Origin: an uncultured Chloroflexia bacterium | Lineage (GTDB): Bacteria; Chloroflexota; Limnocylindria; Limnocylindrales; CSP1-4 | Direction of reading: 5' to 3' | DNA: 64,000 nt | Assembly (NCBI GenBank): GCA_963763775.1 | Contig: CAVXPZ010000003.1 | Coordinates: 224,001 to 288,000 of the forward strand | Part shown: positions 11,217 through 20,710 of the stretch, piece after piece | How positions within the stretch are numbered: the first letter of the stretch is position 1 | Layout: each line of letters starts with the position of its first letter | Position numbers and translations under genes: made by a program | The notes under the pieces: generated by a model | Seen by the model: only the letters and a program-made list of their open reading frames with translations | The model's database searches: none | Told to the model about the DNA's origin: nothing

Positions 11217-14200
11217 ATGAGCCGCGGGATCGTCTGGCCCTGGCGACGCAGCCTGCGGGCTCGGCTCATCGCGTACTTCCTGCTGCTCTCGACGGTCACC
11301 GTCCTGATCGTCGGCGGCGTCGTGTTCTTCCGCGCGACCGACGACCTCACGAACGGCATCTACGACCGCCTCGACGCGGTCGCCGCGGTCAAGGCGGATG
11401 CGCTCGACCGCTGGATCGACGAGCAGACGCGCAACGTGGTCTACGTCGGCGCGATCCCGGGTTTCGGCGACGACGCCCGGACGTTCCTCGACCCGACGGC
11501 GGCCGCCGGCGCCAGCAGCGAGGCGGCCACGCGGCTACGTAACGACCTCGCGACGATCGTCTCCAAGACCGCCGACGCCGAGGAGATCTACATCCTCGAC
11601 CTCGACGGCAAGGTGCGGCTGTCGACCCTCGCGGAGCACGAAGGCGCGGCGCAGGGGAGCGAGCCGTTCTTCTCTGACGGCTCCTCGCATACGACGGTCC
11701 AGAACGTGTACACCTCGAGCCTGACCGGACGGCCCACGATCACCGTCGCGACCCCGCTGTTCGATCAGGACGGCGGCGGCCAGCGGGTGGCCGTCCTCGC
11801 GGCGAACCTGAGCCTCCAGCGGCTCGACCGGATCGTGCAGGAGCGGACCGGTCTTGGCGACACCGGCCGCACCTACCTCGTCGGCCCGGACCGGCGGCTC
11901 ATCCAGGGGACGGCGCCCAGCGACTCCTCGATCAGCGCGGTCGACTCGCCGGCGATCCGCGCGGTGCTCGACCAGCACGATGGCCAGGGCCTCTACGCCG
12001 ACGACCGCGGGACGCCCGTCGTCGGGGTGTACCTCTGGCTGCGCGACCGCGGCGCCGGACTGCTCGCCGAGATCAGCCAGGACGAGGCGTTCGCGTCGGC
12101 GCGTCAGCTGGCGATCACGATCGCCCTGGTCGGGCTCGTCTCGACCTTGCTGCTCGTCGTGGGGATCCTGCTCATCGCCCGACTCGTGACCCGCCCGATC
12201 CTCTCGCTGGCGGCCACGGCCGAGCAGGTCACCGCGGGCGACCTCGACGCCGTGTCGGGGATCCACTCGGAGGACGAGGTCGGCACCCTTGCGGTGGCGT
12301 TCGACGGCATGACCGCGCAGTTGCGCGAGAACGTCGAGACCCTGGAGCGGCGGGTCACCGAGCGGACGGCCGAGTTGAACCGGCAGCGCTCGTACTACGC
12401 GTCGCTCGTCGAGGTCAGCCCCGTCGCGGTCGTGACGATGGACCAGACCGAGCGCGTGTCCGCGTGGAACCCGGCGGCGACGACGCTGTTCGGCTACGAG
12501 CCGGACGAGGCCATCGGGCACCCGATCGAGGACCTGATCCTGCGCTCCGACGAGTTGCGCGCGGAAGGCCACGACCTCGCCGCCGAGGCCGCCCGGGGCG
12601 GCCGTGTCCATCGTCTCGCCCAGCGCATGCGCAAGGACGGCTCGCTTGTCGACGTCGAAGTCCTGATGGTCCCGCTCGTGGTCGAGGACGAGCATCTCGG
12701 CTACTACGCGATCTACCACGACATCACCGAGCTGCAGGCGGCACGGCGCGACGCCGATTCGGCGAACCAGGCCAAGAGCGCCTTCCTGGCGGCGATGAGC
12801 CACGAGATCCGGACGCCGATGAACGCGGTCATCGGCATGAGCGGCCTGCTGATCGACACGCCGCTCGACGCGGAGCAGCGCGACTACGCCGTGACCATCC
12901 AGACGTCGGGTGAGGCGCTGCTCACGATCATCAACGACATCCTGGACTTCTCGAAGATCGAGGCCGGTCGCATCGAGCTCGACGCCCAGCCGTTCCGCCT
13001 GGCCGACACCATCGAGGGCGCGCTCGACGTCATGGGGCCGATCGCCGCGAGCAAGGGCATCGAGTTGGCGTATGCGCTCGACGCGGAACTCCCAGCGGTG
13101 CTGGTCGGCGACGCCGGGCGGCTGCGCCAGATCGTGCTCAACCTGCTCTCGAACGCGGTGAAGTTCACCGAGGCCGGCGAGGTCGTCGTGTCGGTCTCGG
13201 GCGCCCGGGTCGACGCGGGCGAACCCATCGCTGTCGCCGGTCGCTGGGAGGTGCATGTCGACGTCCGGGACACGGGGATGGGGATCCCGCCCGACCGGAT
13301 CGGCGGCCTCTTCCAGTCGTTCAGCCAGGCGGACGCGTCGATCTCCCGACGCTTCGGCGGCACGGGGCTGGGCCTGGCGATCAGCCGTCGGCTCGCCGAG
13401 CTCATGGACGGCTCCCTCACGGCCGAGAGCCGCGGTGTCGCCGGCGAGGGCAGCACGTTCTCGCTCGTCATCCGGTTGCCCGCGGGCGAGACGGCCCAGG
13501 GCGAGACCGCGACGGACGGCGCGAGCTCGGCCGGCGGCGTCGTGGACCTGGCCGGCCGGCGCGTGCTCGTGGTGGACGACAACGCGACGAACCTGCGGAT
13601 CGTGGCGACCCAGCTCGAACGGCTCGGCTGCGCGGTCACTGCCACGACGGAGCCGCTGGAGGCACGAGAGCTCGCGACCGTCGAACCGGCGGACTTCGCG
13701 GCCGTGGTGAGCGACCTGCGGATGCCGGGGCTCGACGGGATGGCGACTGGCCGCGGCCATCCGGGCGGCCGGGCTGGCCTCGCCGCCGGTGGTGATCGTC
13801 CTGTCCTCGGCCGGGCACCGCGACCGCGACACCGACGCCGTCGCGGCCTTCCTCACGAAGCCGGTGAAGCCCGCCGCCCTCCGCCAGGCGCTCGTCGCGG
13901 CGCTATCCGGGACACCGACCCCGGCGGTGACGCGCCCGGCGGACCGGCCGTCGATCGATGCCGAGACGGCCGCCCGGCACCCGCTCCGGATCCTGCTCGC
14001 CGAGGACAACGCCGTGAACCAGAAGCTGGCCCTGCGGCTGCTCGAGCGGATGGGCTACACGGCGCAGGTCGCGGAGAACGGCCTCGAGGTCCTCGACGCC
14101 CTCGAGACCGACGCGTTCGACGTCATCCTCATGGACGTCCAGATGCCCGAGCTCGATGGCCTGGAGGCGACGCGGCGGATCCGGGCGCGGTGGCCGGACC

Positions 14201-14349
14201 TGGCCGTGCGCATCGTCGCGATGACGGCGAACGCGATGGAGGGCGACCGGGAGGCGTGCCTCCAGGCGGGGATGGACGACTACGTCTCCAAGCCGATCCG
14301 CCCGGACGAGCTGGCGACGGCGCTCGCGGCCGTCACGACCTCGGCCTGA
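11217..14349 (+). CDS. Hybrid sensor histidine kinase (TM-Cache-TM-HAMP-PAS-HisKA-HATPase-REC-REC); frameshift near 13745
   Basis: H-box [15 protein letters not shown]-box [11 protein letters not shown]-boxes DTGMGI and GGTGLGL; REC domains VLVVDDN and [10 protein letters not shown]...[10 protein letters not shown]. Confidence 0.92.
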
Positions 14350-14359
14350 ACCGCGCCTC

Positions 14360-15674
14360 TCAGCCCGAGGCGGGCCCCGCCGGCGGGGCGCCGAGCGTCC
14401 AGGTCGAGCCCTCGGCACCATCGCGGACCTCCACGCCGGCCTCGATGAGCCGGTCGCGGATGAGGTCGGCGGTGGTCCAGTCGCGGGCGTCACGCGCCCG
14501 GCCTCGAAGGACGAGCAGCGTGTCCACGAACGGCTCGACCGCCGCCTGCGGGTCCGCGCCACCGGCCGCGGCGGTCTCGCCGAGACGCGCGATGAGCGCC
14601 CGGAACGTGGAGCGGGCGTTGTCGAGATCCGGGCTGTCCTCGCCGGAACGGATCCGGCCCTCGATCGCCGTGTCGAGGTCGAGCAGCGCCGCGACGGCGA
14701 CGCTGGTGTCGCGATGGTCCAGCGCGGCCACGAAGGTGCCTTCGAGCTCGGCCATCTCGTCGCGGAGCGGCTCGGCCGTGCGGACCGGCTGACCGGTCGC
14801 GCGGGTCCGGACGGCCCTGGCGGTCGCGCCCGGGCTCCCAGCCGATGTCGACGGTCTCACCGGCGGCCAGGTCCCGCGGCGACATCGGCGATCGCGTCGA
14901 AGGCCACCTCGCTCCCGGCCGGGAAGACCGTGCCGCGGCCGGTCGACCCGGATCGTCACGCCGCCCAGGCCGGAGACCGCGGCCGTCCGCCGATCGAGGT
15001 CGAGGACGAGCGCCGTGTGGCTGTCGACGCCGAGCACGAACGTCCCCGGGGCAAGCTGCTCCTCGAGCGCGCGCAATCGGCGCTCGCCCATGTAGCAGAA
15101 GCGGGTGTCGTGGTTCCCGCCCTCGGCGTTGTCGTAGTGCGGGACGACGGCCGCCTGCCAGCCCGGTGACGGGGCCGAGCAGGTCAAGACCGGGGAGCCA
15201 GCGCGGGTCCTCGCCGACCTTGTAGATCTCGTAGACGGGGATCGTCACGGTCCCGAGGGTCAGGGCGGCCGCGCTGGCCATCGTCAGCACACCGCCGTCG
15301 CGGAGGCCGTCGGCCAGCGCGGACGGGATCGGGCCGTCCTCCCAGTGGCGCAGCGCGTAGCTCGGGCTGCCCGGGCCCGCCATCAGATAGCGAGCCTCGC
15401 GGATCCGCGAGACGGCGGTCGCCGCCGCCAGCGCATCGACGTCCCGCGATCGGTACGACGCGACGCCGACCGCACGGCCGACGCTCTCCTCGAAGAATCG
15501 GATCGTCCGCGCGCTCAGCTCGTCGGCGTTCTCCTGGAACCCGTACGGCGTGTCGAGGATCGCCGCGGACACGGCGCCCGCATCGAACCGATCGAAGAGC
15601 GCCCGGTGCACCTTCGCCATGGTCGGGGCCGTCTCACCGGAGCCCATGATGGCGAGGACTCGGGGCGTCGTCAT
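14360..15674 (-). CDS. Peptidase S51/cyanophycinase-like hydrolase fused to a cysteinyl-tRNA synthetase C-terminal-like domain; frameshift near 15160
   Basis: N-terminal LAIMGSGE, DTPYGFQEN, AGPGSPSY, ASAAAL and VPHYDN; C-terminal RGRARDARDWTTADLIRDRLIEAGVEVRDGAEGSTW. Confidence 0.75.
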
Positions 15675-16533
15675 CCGACGAACCCGTCGGTCGTCATCTC
15701 GTGCATCACGCTGGAGAGTTCGTCCGGGTGCTGGGCGTGGATGTCGTGGTCGCCGACGAACCATCGCACCCGGGCCCTGGGCAGGGCGGCTTGCGCCGTC
15801 TCGACCACGCCACGGACCCGGGCGTTCCACGCCGGGTCTCGCTGCTCCGCGGGGGCCAGCTGCACCGGCACCGTGACGTCCCGATAACGCTCGCGTCGGG
15901 TGGTGGTCCCACAGGCCACGGAGGACCGTGATGTGATGGTCGAACGTGAGCCACGGCGCGATCGTCCCGTCGGGCCGGACCTCGAAGTTCGCGAGCGTGC
16001 CGCGGATCCCGGTCTCCGGCCAATCGGGATGGCCCGAGCGGATGTAGCCCTCGACCTCGGTGAGCGGTCGACCCACGAGCCGAGGCGGCGCGAGGGCCAT
16101 CGCGGCACGCGTCCCAGTCCGGGAACTGGTCGCGCAACTCGATCCAGCCGCCGTCGACGAGGACGAGGCCGCGTGTCGCGTCCGGGTGGCGCGCCGCCAG
16201 CTCGAGGACGACGTTGCCACCCCACGACTGGCCCGCGGCGATCGGCCGGTCGAGCCCGAGGATGGCGATCAGCGCGGCCAGGTCGTCGGCGACGGTCGGC
16301 ACGTCGTAGGGCCCGTCCGGCTTGGACGACCGGCCGTGCCCGCGGAGGTCCACGGTGTAGGCGGCGTGCCCGAGCTCGACGAGGTCGGCCGCGACGCCGT
16401 CCCAGAGGCGCGCGTTCGAGGCGAGCCCGTGGACCAGCAGGAACGGTGGGCCGGTGGCCGCCTCGGCCGCGGGCTCCCAGGCATCGACGGCCAGCTCGAC
16501 CCCGTCCGCCACCTCGATCCGTCGTGTCCGCAT
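15671..16533 (-). CDS. Alpha/beta fold hydrolase; frameshift near 16100
   Basis: LLVHGLAS, DLRGHGRS, nucleophile elbow GQSWGG and C-terminal GDHDIH; ATGA-coupled to the downstream gene. Confidence 0.88.
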
Positions 16534-16596
16534 CGTCCGATGGTAGCCACCGCGGCCAGAGGCGGATCGGGGACGGTCACGCGGTATCGTGGTCGT

Positions 16597-17046
16597 ATGC
16601 CTCGGCTGACCTACGTGGCCACGATCGACCATCCGGCCGACTCGGTCTTCGCCTTCGTGTCGGACGCGGAGAACAATCCGAAGTGGCACGCGCATGTCCG
16701 CGAGACCCACTGGCTGGATGACCGGGATACCGGTCTCGGTCGCCGCGGCAAGCAGGTCGGTCATCTGTGGGGCCGCGACTGGACCTTCGTCGCGGAGATC
16801 GTCGAGTGGGAGCCGCCCCATCTCGTGACCTTCCAGGTCATCGAGGGCACGAAGGTCCGGACATCGATCCGCGTCGATCCGGAGGGGGCCGGCACGCGAC
16901 TCTCGCTGACCGTCACGACGCCGCCCGACCTCGGCCCACTCGATGGGTTCGTCAGCCGCGTCATGCAGCGACTCACGGCGTCGCGGGAATCCGGGGATAT
17001 CGTCCGGCTGCGGGCCGCGCTCGCCGCCGAAGACCGTCAGATCTGA
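16597..17046 (+). CDS. SRPBCC (polyketide cyclase/dehydrase-like) protein
   Basis: IDHPADSVFAFVSDAENNPKW and IVEWEPP; C-terminal helix LRAALA. Confidence 0.8.
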   Translation: MPRLTYVATIDHPADSVFAFVSDAENNPKWHAHVRETHWLDDRDTGLGRRGKQVGHLWGRDWTFVAEIVEWEPPHLVTFQVIEGTKVRTSIRVDPEGAGTRLSLTVTTPPDLGPLDGFVSRVMQRLTASRESGDIVRLRAALAAEDRQI

Positions 17047-17118
17047 CCGGACCGGGCCGGATCGGGTCGCTGACCCGATACGTCGGCTGCTCTTCTTGAG
17101 TCATCGGCGGCGGCGTCC

Positions 17119-17346
17119 CTACAAGCGGAACTCGGTCTCCTTGACGAGCCGTCCGGCTCGGTCAAAGGTCCGCCAGATCCCCGTCTGCCGGCCGCGATCG
17201 AATCGCCCGGTCCGCATCAACGACCCGTCGAGGCGGTACCACGACCAGTCGCCATGCATCTCGCCGGCAAGCCTCGTCCCCTGCATCTTCAGCGTGCCAT
17301 CGGCGTAGTGCACGACCTCCGGCACGACATCGCCTGACGTCGTCAT
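17119..17346 (-). CDS. Small MORN-variant repeat protein (YwqK-like)
   Basis: HYADGTLKMQG...MHGDWSWYRLDGSLMRTGRFDRGRQTGIW repeat pattern. Confidence 0.75.
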   Translation of the reverse strand: MTTSGDVVPEVVHYADGTLKMQGTRLAGEMHGDWSWYRLDGSLMRTGRFDRGRQTGIWRTFDRAGRLVKETEFRL

Positions 17347-17400
17347 GCCCGAAAGTATGATCCGGGTATCACGCGCGGCGACGCAGCCCAGGACCGCCGC

Positions 17401-18632
17401 TCAGGGCTCGATCGCGAACGCCACGCGCGCCAGCCGGTCCGGGCCGTCGTCGAGCAGGTAGGCGGCCTCGTAGGCCCCCGGTGGGAGGGGCCACCGTCCG
17501 CCGACGGATGACTGATCGACGATGGCGGCCTCGCCGTCCAGCCGGACCGCGCCCTCGGCCCGCGCGCCGGTGTGCCGCCAGATGAGGTGCGCGTCGCGTG
17601 GATCCGTGACAGGCGCGGCGAAGACCGCGATCCAGTCCCATCGGAATCCCGGGCCGCCGCGCCCAACGCACCTCGATCGGCTCGCCGACCCGATACGTCG
17701 GCCGGCTGGTCTCGAGCCGGACCGGTCCGATCGCGTCGCGACGCCCCGGCTGGACCGCCGCGACGCGGCTCCCCGGTGGCTGCGCCATCGGCAGCGGCAC
17801 GACCTCCACGGTCGCGACGACCGCCCGGTGGTCCGACGGCCACGGGTCGACGCTGATCGCCACATCGGCTCGGCCCGCCTCGCCGACGATCCGGCAGTCG
17901 AGCACGCGCGCCGGCCCCGCCACGTAGACCATGTCGATCCGGTCGTCGGGCGTGTCCGGGCCCGGCTCGTAGCCGCCGGTCGGCGGCCGTTCGGCCCACC
18001 ACGTCAGACCGGGCTCGGCGAGCGGATCCGGGTGGACCTCCCGCCACGTGTCGCGGAACCCGGCCGCCTCGATCGGCCCGACTCACCGGCCACGGCACGG
18101 CCGCGCGGACGTGCCGCCGGAGCCCGACCGTCGCGCTCGTCCAGTCGAGGTGCGATGGCGCGTTGAAGTCGCCAGCCAGGAACACCGGGATGCCCGCCTC
18201 GATGAGCGCACGGGACGCCGCCAACGGCCGCTCCAGCCGAGGGAGCCGGATCCGCCGCTCCAGCTCGATGACCTCGGCGACCGAAGCCTCCCGAAGCATC
18301 GCCTCGGGACCGTACGGCTCGGCCGGCGGATGGACGCTCATCACCGCCACGACGCGGCCCGGCCGGACCTCCACGAACTGGTACGGCGCGTCGGCCTCCG
18401 GCGGGTCCACGATCGGGTGCGGCGAGATGACCTGCGTCCGGTGGGACGCGAACCCCCAGCCGAGCGAGGCGGCGATCCGGTCCGCGTTGCCCATCGCCTC
18501 CTGGAGGGCGACGATGTCCGGCTCCGCCCGCCGGATGGCCTCGACCACCTTGGCGAGGTCCACGCCGGCCCCGCCTTCCTCGATGTTGAAGACCATCACG
18601 CGGATGGTCGCGGGTTCGTTGGGGTCGTCCAC
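17401..18632 (-). CDS. Endonuclease/exonuclease/phosphatase (EEP) family protein with C-terminal beta-sandwich-like domain; frameshifts (~18075, ~17660)
   Basis: VMVFNI, DIVALQE, AGDFN, DRIDMVY and WPSDHRAVV motifs spread over three frames. Confidence 0.8.
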
Positions 18633-18736
18633 GTGGCGAGTCTACGCACGGCCGAGCGGACCGCCCGACCCCGGCAGTCCCGCCCCGCGCATCGACCGGG
18701 AACGCATCGGCGCGGGGTGTGGCACAGTGCGCGCTC

Positions 18737-20665
18737 ATGGCGAACTTGCTCGCACGCCCCCTTCGCCTCGCGGCCGCGGCCATCCTGGCGGTCGCTGCGG
18801 TCCTGCCATCGGCAGGGTCGACCGCTGCGGCGGACCCGCTGATCCTCCGGGCCGGGACCGTCCAGGACCTCGACTCGATGAACCCGTGGAACACGGCCCT
18901 CGAGACCGGGTTCGAGGTGTTCACGCTCAACTACGAGCTGCTCGTCGGGTTCGGGTCGGACCTCGAGCCGGTCCCCGGCTACGCGGAGTCGTGGTCGCGG
19001 GTCGACAACGGCGACGGCACGTACACGTGGACCTTCAAGATCCCCGAGGGCAAGCTGTGGTCCGACGGCCAGCCGGCCACGGCCGAGGATGCCCGCTGGA
19101 CCCTCCAGTTCGTGCTCGACGCGGTCAACGGCGGCAACAGCGTGGGCCTGGGCTACCTCGACCCCGACCTCTCGAACGCGGGCATCACCAAGGTGGAGGC
19201 CCCCGACGCCACGACGCTCGTCGTGACCAACACGGACCCGTCGCAGCGGATCCTCCAGATGTACATCCCGATCCTGCCCAAGCACATCTGGAAGGACCAG
19301 ACCCTCGACTCGATCAACACGTTCGGCAACGACGCGCCGGTCGTCGGCAGCGGCCCGTACCAGGCGGTGGAGTGGCAGACCGGCGAGTTCGTGCGGTTCG
19401 TGCGGAACCCGAACTTCATCGGCCAGAAGGGTGCGCCCGACGAGGTCGTGATGCAGTTCTTCAAGGCGACGGACACGATGGTCCAGGCCCTTCGGAGCGG
19501 CGACCTCGACTACGCCCAGGGCGTCAATGCCGACCAGTTCGAAAGCCTCAAGGGCCAGCCCGACATCGCCACGGTCAACGGCACGACCAACGGCTGGACG
19601 ATGCTCGACTTCAACACGTACGGCAAGGACATCAAGGGCGGCGGGGCATCGACGAAGGCGCTCCGCGACCCGGCCTTCCGTGACGCCCTCGGCTACGCGA
19701 TCGACAAGGACCTGCTCGTCGAGCGCGTGCTGGGCGGGCACGGCACCGTCGGTTCGACCCAGGTGCCGCCCTTCCAGGCGCGGTGGCATGTCGACCCCGA
19801 CAAGCCGCGGACGTTCGACATCGAGCTCGCCAAGCAGAAGCTGACCGACGCGGGGTACGTCCTCGATGGGTCCGGCCAGCGGCTGGACAAGGAGGGCAAG
19901 GTGCTCAACCTCCGGCTCTTCCTGCCGACCGACTCGCCCCTGTACCCGAAATCCGCGGCCTTCATCAAGGACTGGTTCGCCCAGCTCGGCATCAAGGTGA
20001 CCACGTCCGTCTACGACGCCGCGACGCTCACCGAGAAGGAGCTGCCGCCCGAGGCCGGCAAGGGGTACACCGCCGACTGGGACATGATCATCTGGGGCTG
20101 GACCGGCTACGCGGACCCGAACCCGCTCATCCAGATCTTCACGACCGATGCGATCGGGAACACCAGCGACAGCTTCTACTCGAACCCGACGTACGACCAG
20201 CTCTTCATCGACCAGAACAAGGCCACGAGCGACGACCAGCGCCACGCGCTGATGGCGCAGATGCAGAACCTCTTCTACGACGACGCGCCGTACCACATCC
20301 TCTACTACGAGGACACGCTCGCGGCCTATCGGACCGACAAGTTCGGCGGCTGGAAGAACCAGCCGGCGAACGGGGTGCCGCTCTTCGGCTACGGCTCGCT
20401 GGACTACACGCTCCTGACGCCGGCCGCAGCGGCGACGCCGGCACCTTCGGCGACAGCCGGCGGAGCCGTGGCCTCGCCGACCGGGTCGGCGGCGCCGGGC
20501 GCCTCGTCGGCGCCGGTCGCCTCGCCGGCACCGGGTTCGACCGCTTCGTCCGATGGCGGGAGCGTGCTGCCGGTCGTGCTGATCGGTGGCGTCGTGGTCG
20601 TCGTGCTCGGTGCGCTCGTCCTCCGACGACGCCGCCCCCAGCCTGAGGACGCTGACGACGATTGA
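18737..20665 (+). CDS. Peptide ABC transporter substrate-binding protein (family 5) with C-terminal membrane anchor
   Basis: WSDGQPATAED, VGSGPYQ, FRDALGYAID; Pro/Ala/Ser linker, TM helix and RRRR tail. No permease or ATPase genes adjacent. Confidence 0.92.
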   Translation: MANLLARPLRLAAAAILAVAAVLPSAGSTAAADPLILRAGTVQDLDSMNPWNTALETGFEVFTLNYELLVGFGSDLEPVPGYAESWSRVDNGDGTYTWTFKIPEGKLWSDGQPATAEDARWTLQFVLDAVNGGNSVGLGYLDPDLSNAGITKVEAPDATTLVVTNTDPSQRILQMYIPILPKHIWKDQTLDSINTFGNDAPVVGSGPYQAVEWQTGEFVRFVRNPNFIGQKGAPDEVVMQFFKATDTMVQALRSGDLDYAQGVNADQFESLKGQPDIATVNGTTNGWTMLDFNTYGKDIKGGGASTKALRDPAFRDALGYAIDKDLLVERVLGGHGTVGSTQVPPFQARWHVDPDKPRTFDIELAKQKLTDAGYVLDGSGQRLDKEGKVLNLRLFLPTDSPLYPKSAAFIKDWFAQLGIKVTTSVYDAATLTEKELPPEAGKGYTADWDMIIWGWTGYADPNPLIQIFTTDAIGNTSDSFYSNPTYDQLFIDQNKATSDDQRHALMAQMQNLFYDDAPYHILYYEDTLAAYRTDKFGGWKNQPANGVPLFGYGSLDYTLLTPAAAATPAPSATAGGAVASPTGSAAPGASSAPVASPAPGSTASSDGGSVLPVVLIGGVVVVVLGALVLRRRRPQPEDADDD

Positions 20666-20710
20666 CGTGAGCCGCCGACACGATCAGGCGGCCGAACCGG
20701 GTCTCGTCCG

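Noticed and set aside
14360-15674. Annotation as cysteinyl-tRNA synthetase
   Set aside because: Only the C-terminal CysS-like segment is present; no Rossmann catalytic domain, HIGH or KMSKS motif.
11535-20296. Long antisense or alternate-frame ORFs (e.g. 11535..14009, 18596..20296; also 1659..3788, 54419..56473)
   Set aside because: Shadow ORFs of real genes caused by high GC3 codon bias; Arg/Gly/Pro-rich with no motifs.
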